From: the human T2T-CHM13v2.0 reference genome, Homo sapiens
Assembly: GCF_009914755.1 (NCBI RefSeq)
Contig: NC_060941.1
DNA: 64,000 nucleotides
Strand: one strand, 5' to 3'
Shown: in pieces, positions 63,222 through 64,000 of the stretch
How the letters are laid out: every line of letters starts with the position of its first letter
Position numbering within the stretch: the stretch's first letter is position 1
Program-made: the position numbers and the translations under genes
The notes under the pieces: generated by a model
Told to the model about the DNA's origin: nothing
What the model saw: only the letters and a program-made list of their open reading frames with translations
Database searches by the model: none

Positions 63222-64000
63222 TGATCTACCTGCCTTGGCCTCCCAAAGTGCTGGGATTACAGGCGTGAGCCACCATGTCCGGCTGAAGAGACTATATATA
63301 TTTTAATGCCAGATGAGAATTCAAAAATCACAGAAAATTGGAAAAGCCTGGGCAACATGCTTAAAACCCCATCTTTACCAAAAAAAAATATATATATAGA
63401 TATAGATATTAAAAAATTAGCTGGGCATGGTGGTATGAGCCTGTAGTTCCAGCTACTGGGGAGGCTGAAGTGGGAGGATTACTGACCCTGGGAGATCAAG
63501 GGTGATGAGTCATGATCCTGTCCCTGCACTCCAGCACTCAGGGTCAACAGAGCAGGACTGTCTCAAAAAAAAAAAAAAAAAAAAGGAAAGATTTAGTTGG
63601 TATAGGAGCAGATAATTATATGCATTTTAATTTCCCCAAATGCTTCTCTGACATTACAATAACTGATATTTATCACTATAACCCTATATTCTGAAGAAAA
63701 ACCCAGAGAACATAGATTTGTTAACCTATACCTAAGAAAGAGATGCATATAATATATTTAGCAGTTTCCAAGCAAGATGGTAAAAATAAAAAGTTTTGGT
63801 GCTTAGAGAGGTAAATCTATAGGTTCTGGATAGCTGAAGTTTTGAAATTAATATCACACTCCAGACCCCATCTGCCCTTAATCCTGGGGTTCTTACAGGA
63901 TACCTTGTTTTTGAGGAGTCTCGCTCTGTCTCCCAGGCGGGAGTACAGTAGCACAACCTCGGCTCACATATTGGCCAAGGTGGTCTCAATCTCCTAACCT

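Overview
Human-type (hominoid) genomic DNA, not prokaryotic. It holds roughly 90-100 Alu elements or fragments by my manual count, one full-length SVA, and old L1, L2, MIR, LTR and DNA-transposon relics. The only gene is the 5' half of METTL16 (U6 snRNA/MAT2A m6A methyltransferase; from recognition, chr17p13.3) on the minus strand. It has a CpG-island promoter and non-coding exon 1 at about 44.6-44.9 kb, then coding exons 2-5 (35159-35032, 10695-10496, 6474-6334, 686-571). These splice with GT-AG boundaries into codons 1-195, including the SAM-binding DIGTG and catalytic NPPF motifs. The gene continues beyond position 1, and 45-64 kb is Alu-dense upstream sequence. Nearly all ORF-track entries are repeat artefacts. 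The most interesting, unproven signals suggest self-regulation of METTL16: a TISU-initiated 20-codon uORF in exon 1; a candidate 16-nt poison microexon whose donor is of the U6-m6A-dependent class, while all five real donors are AG|GU; intronic UACAGAGAA substrate nonamers; and a 16-nt exact match to U6 nt 35-50. Two structured tandem repeats also stand out: a 37-bp hairpin VNTR and an AT-rich palindromic array.
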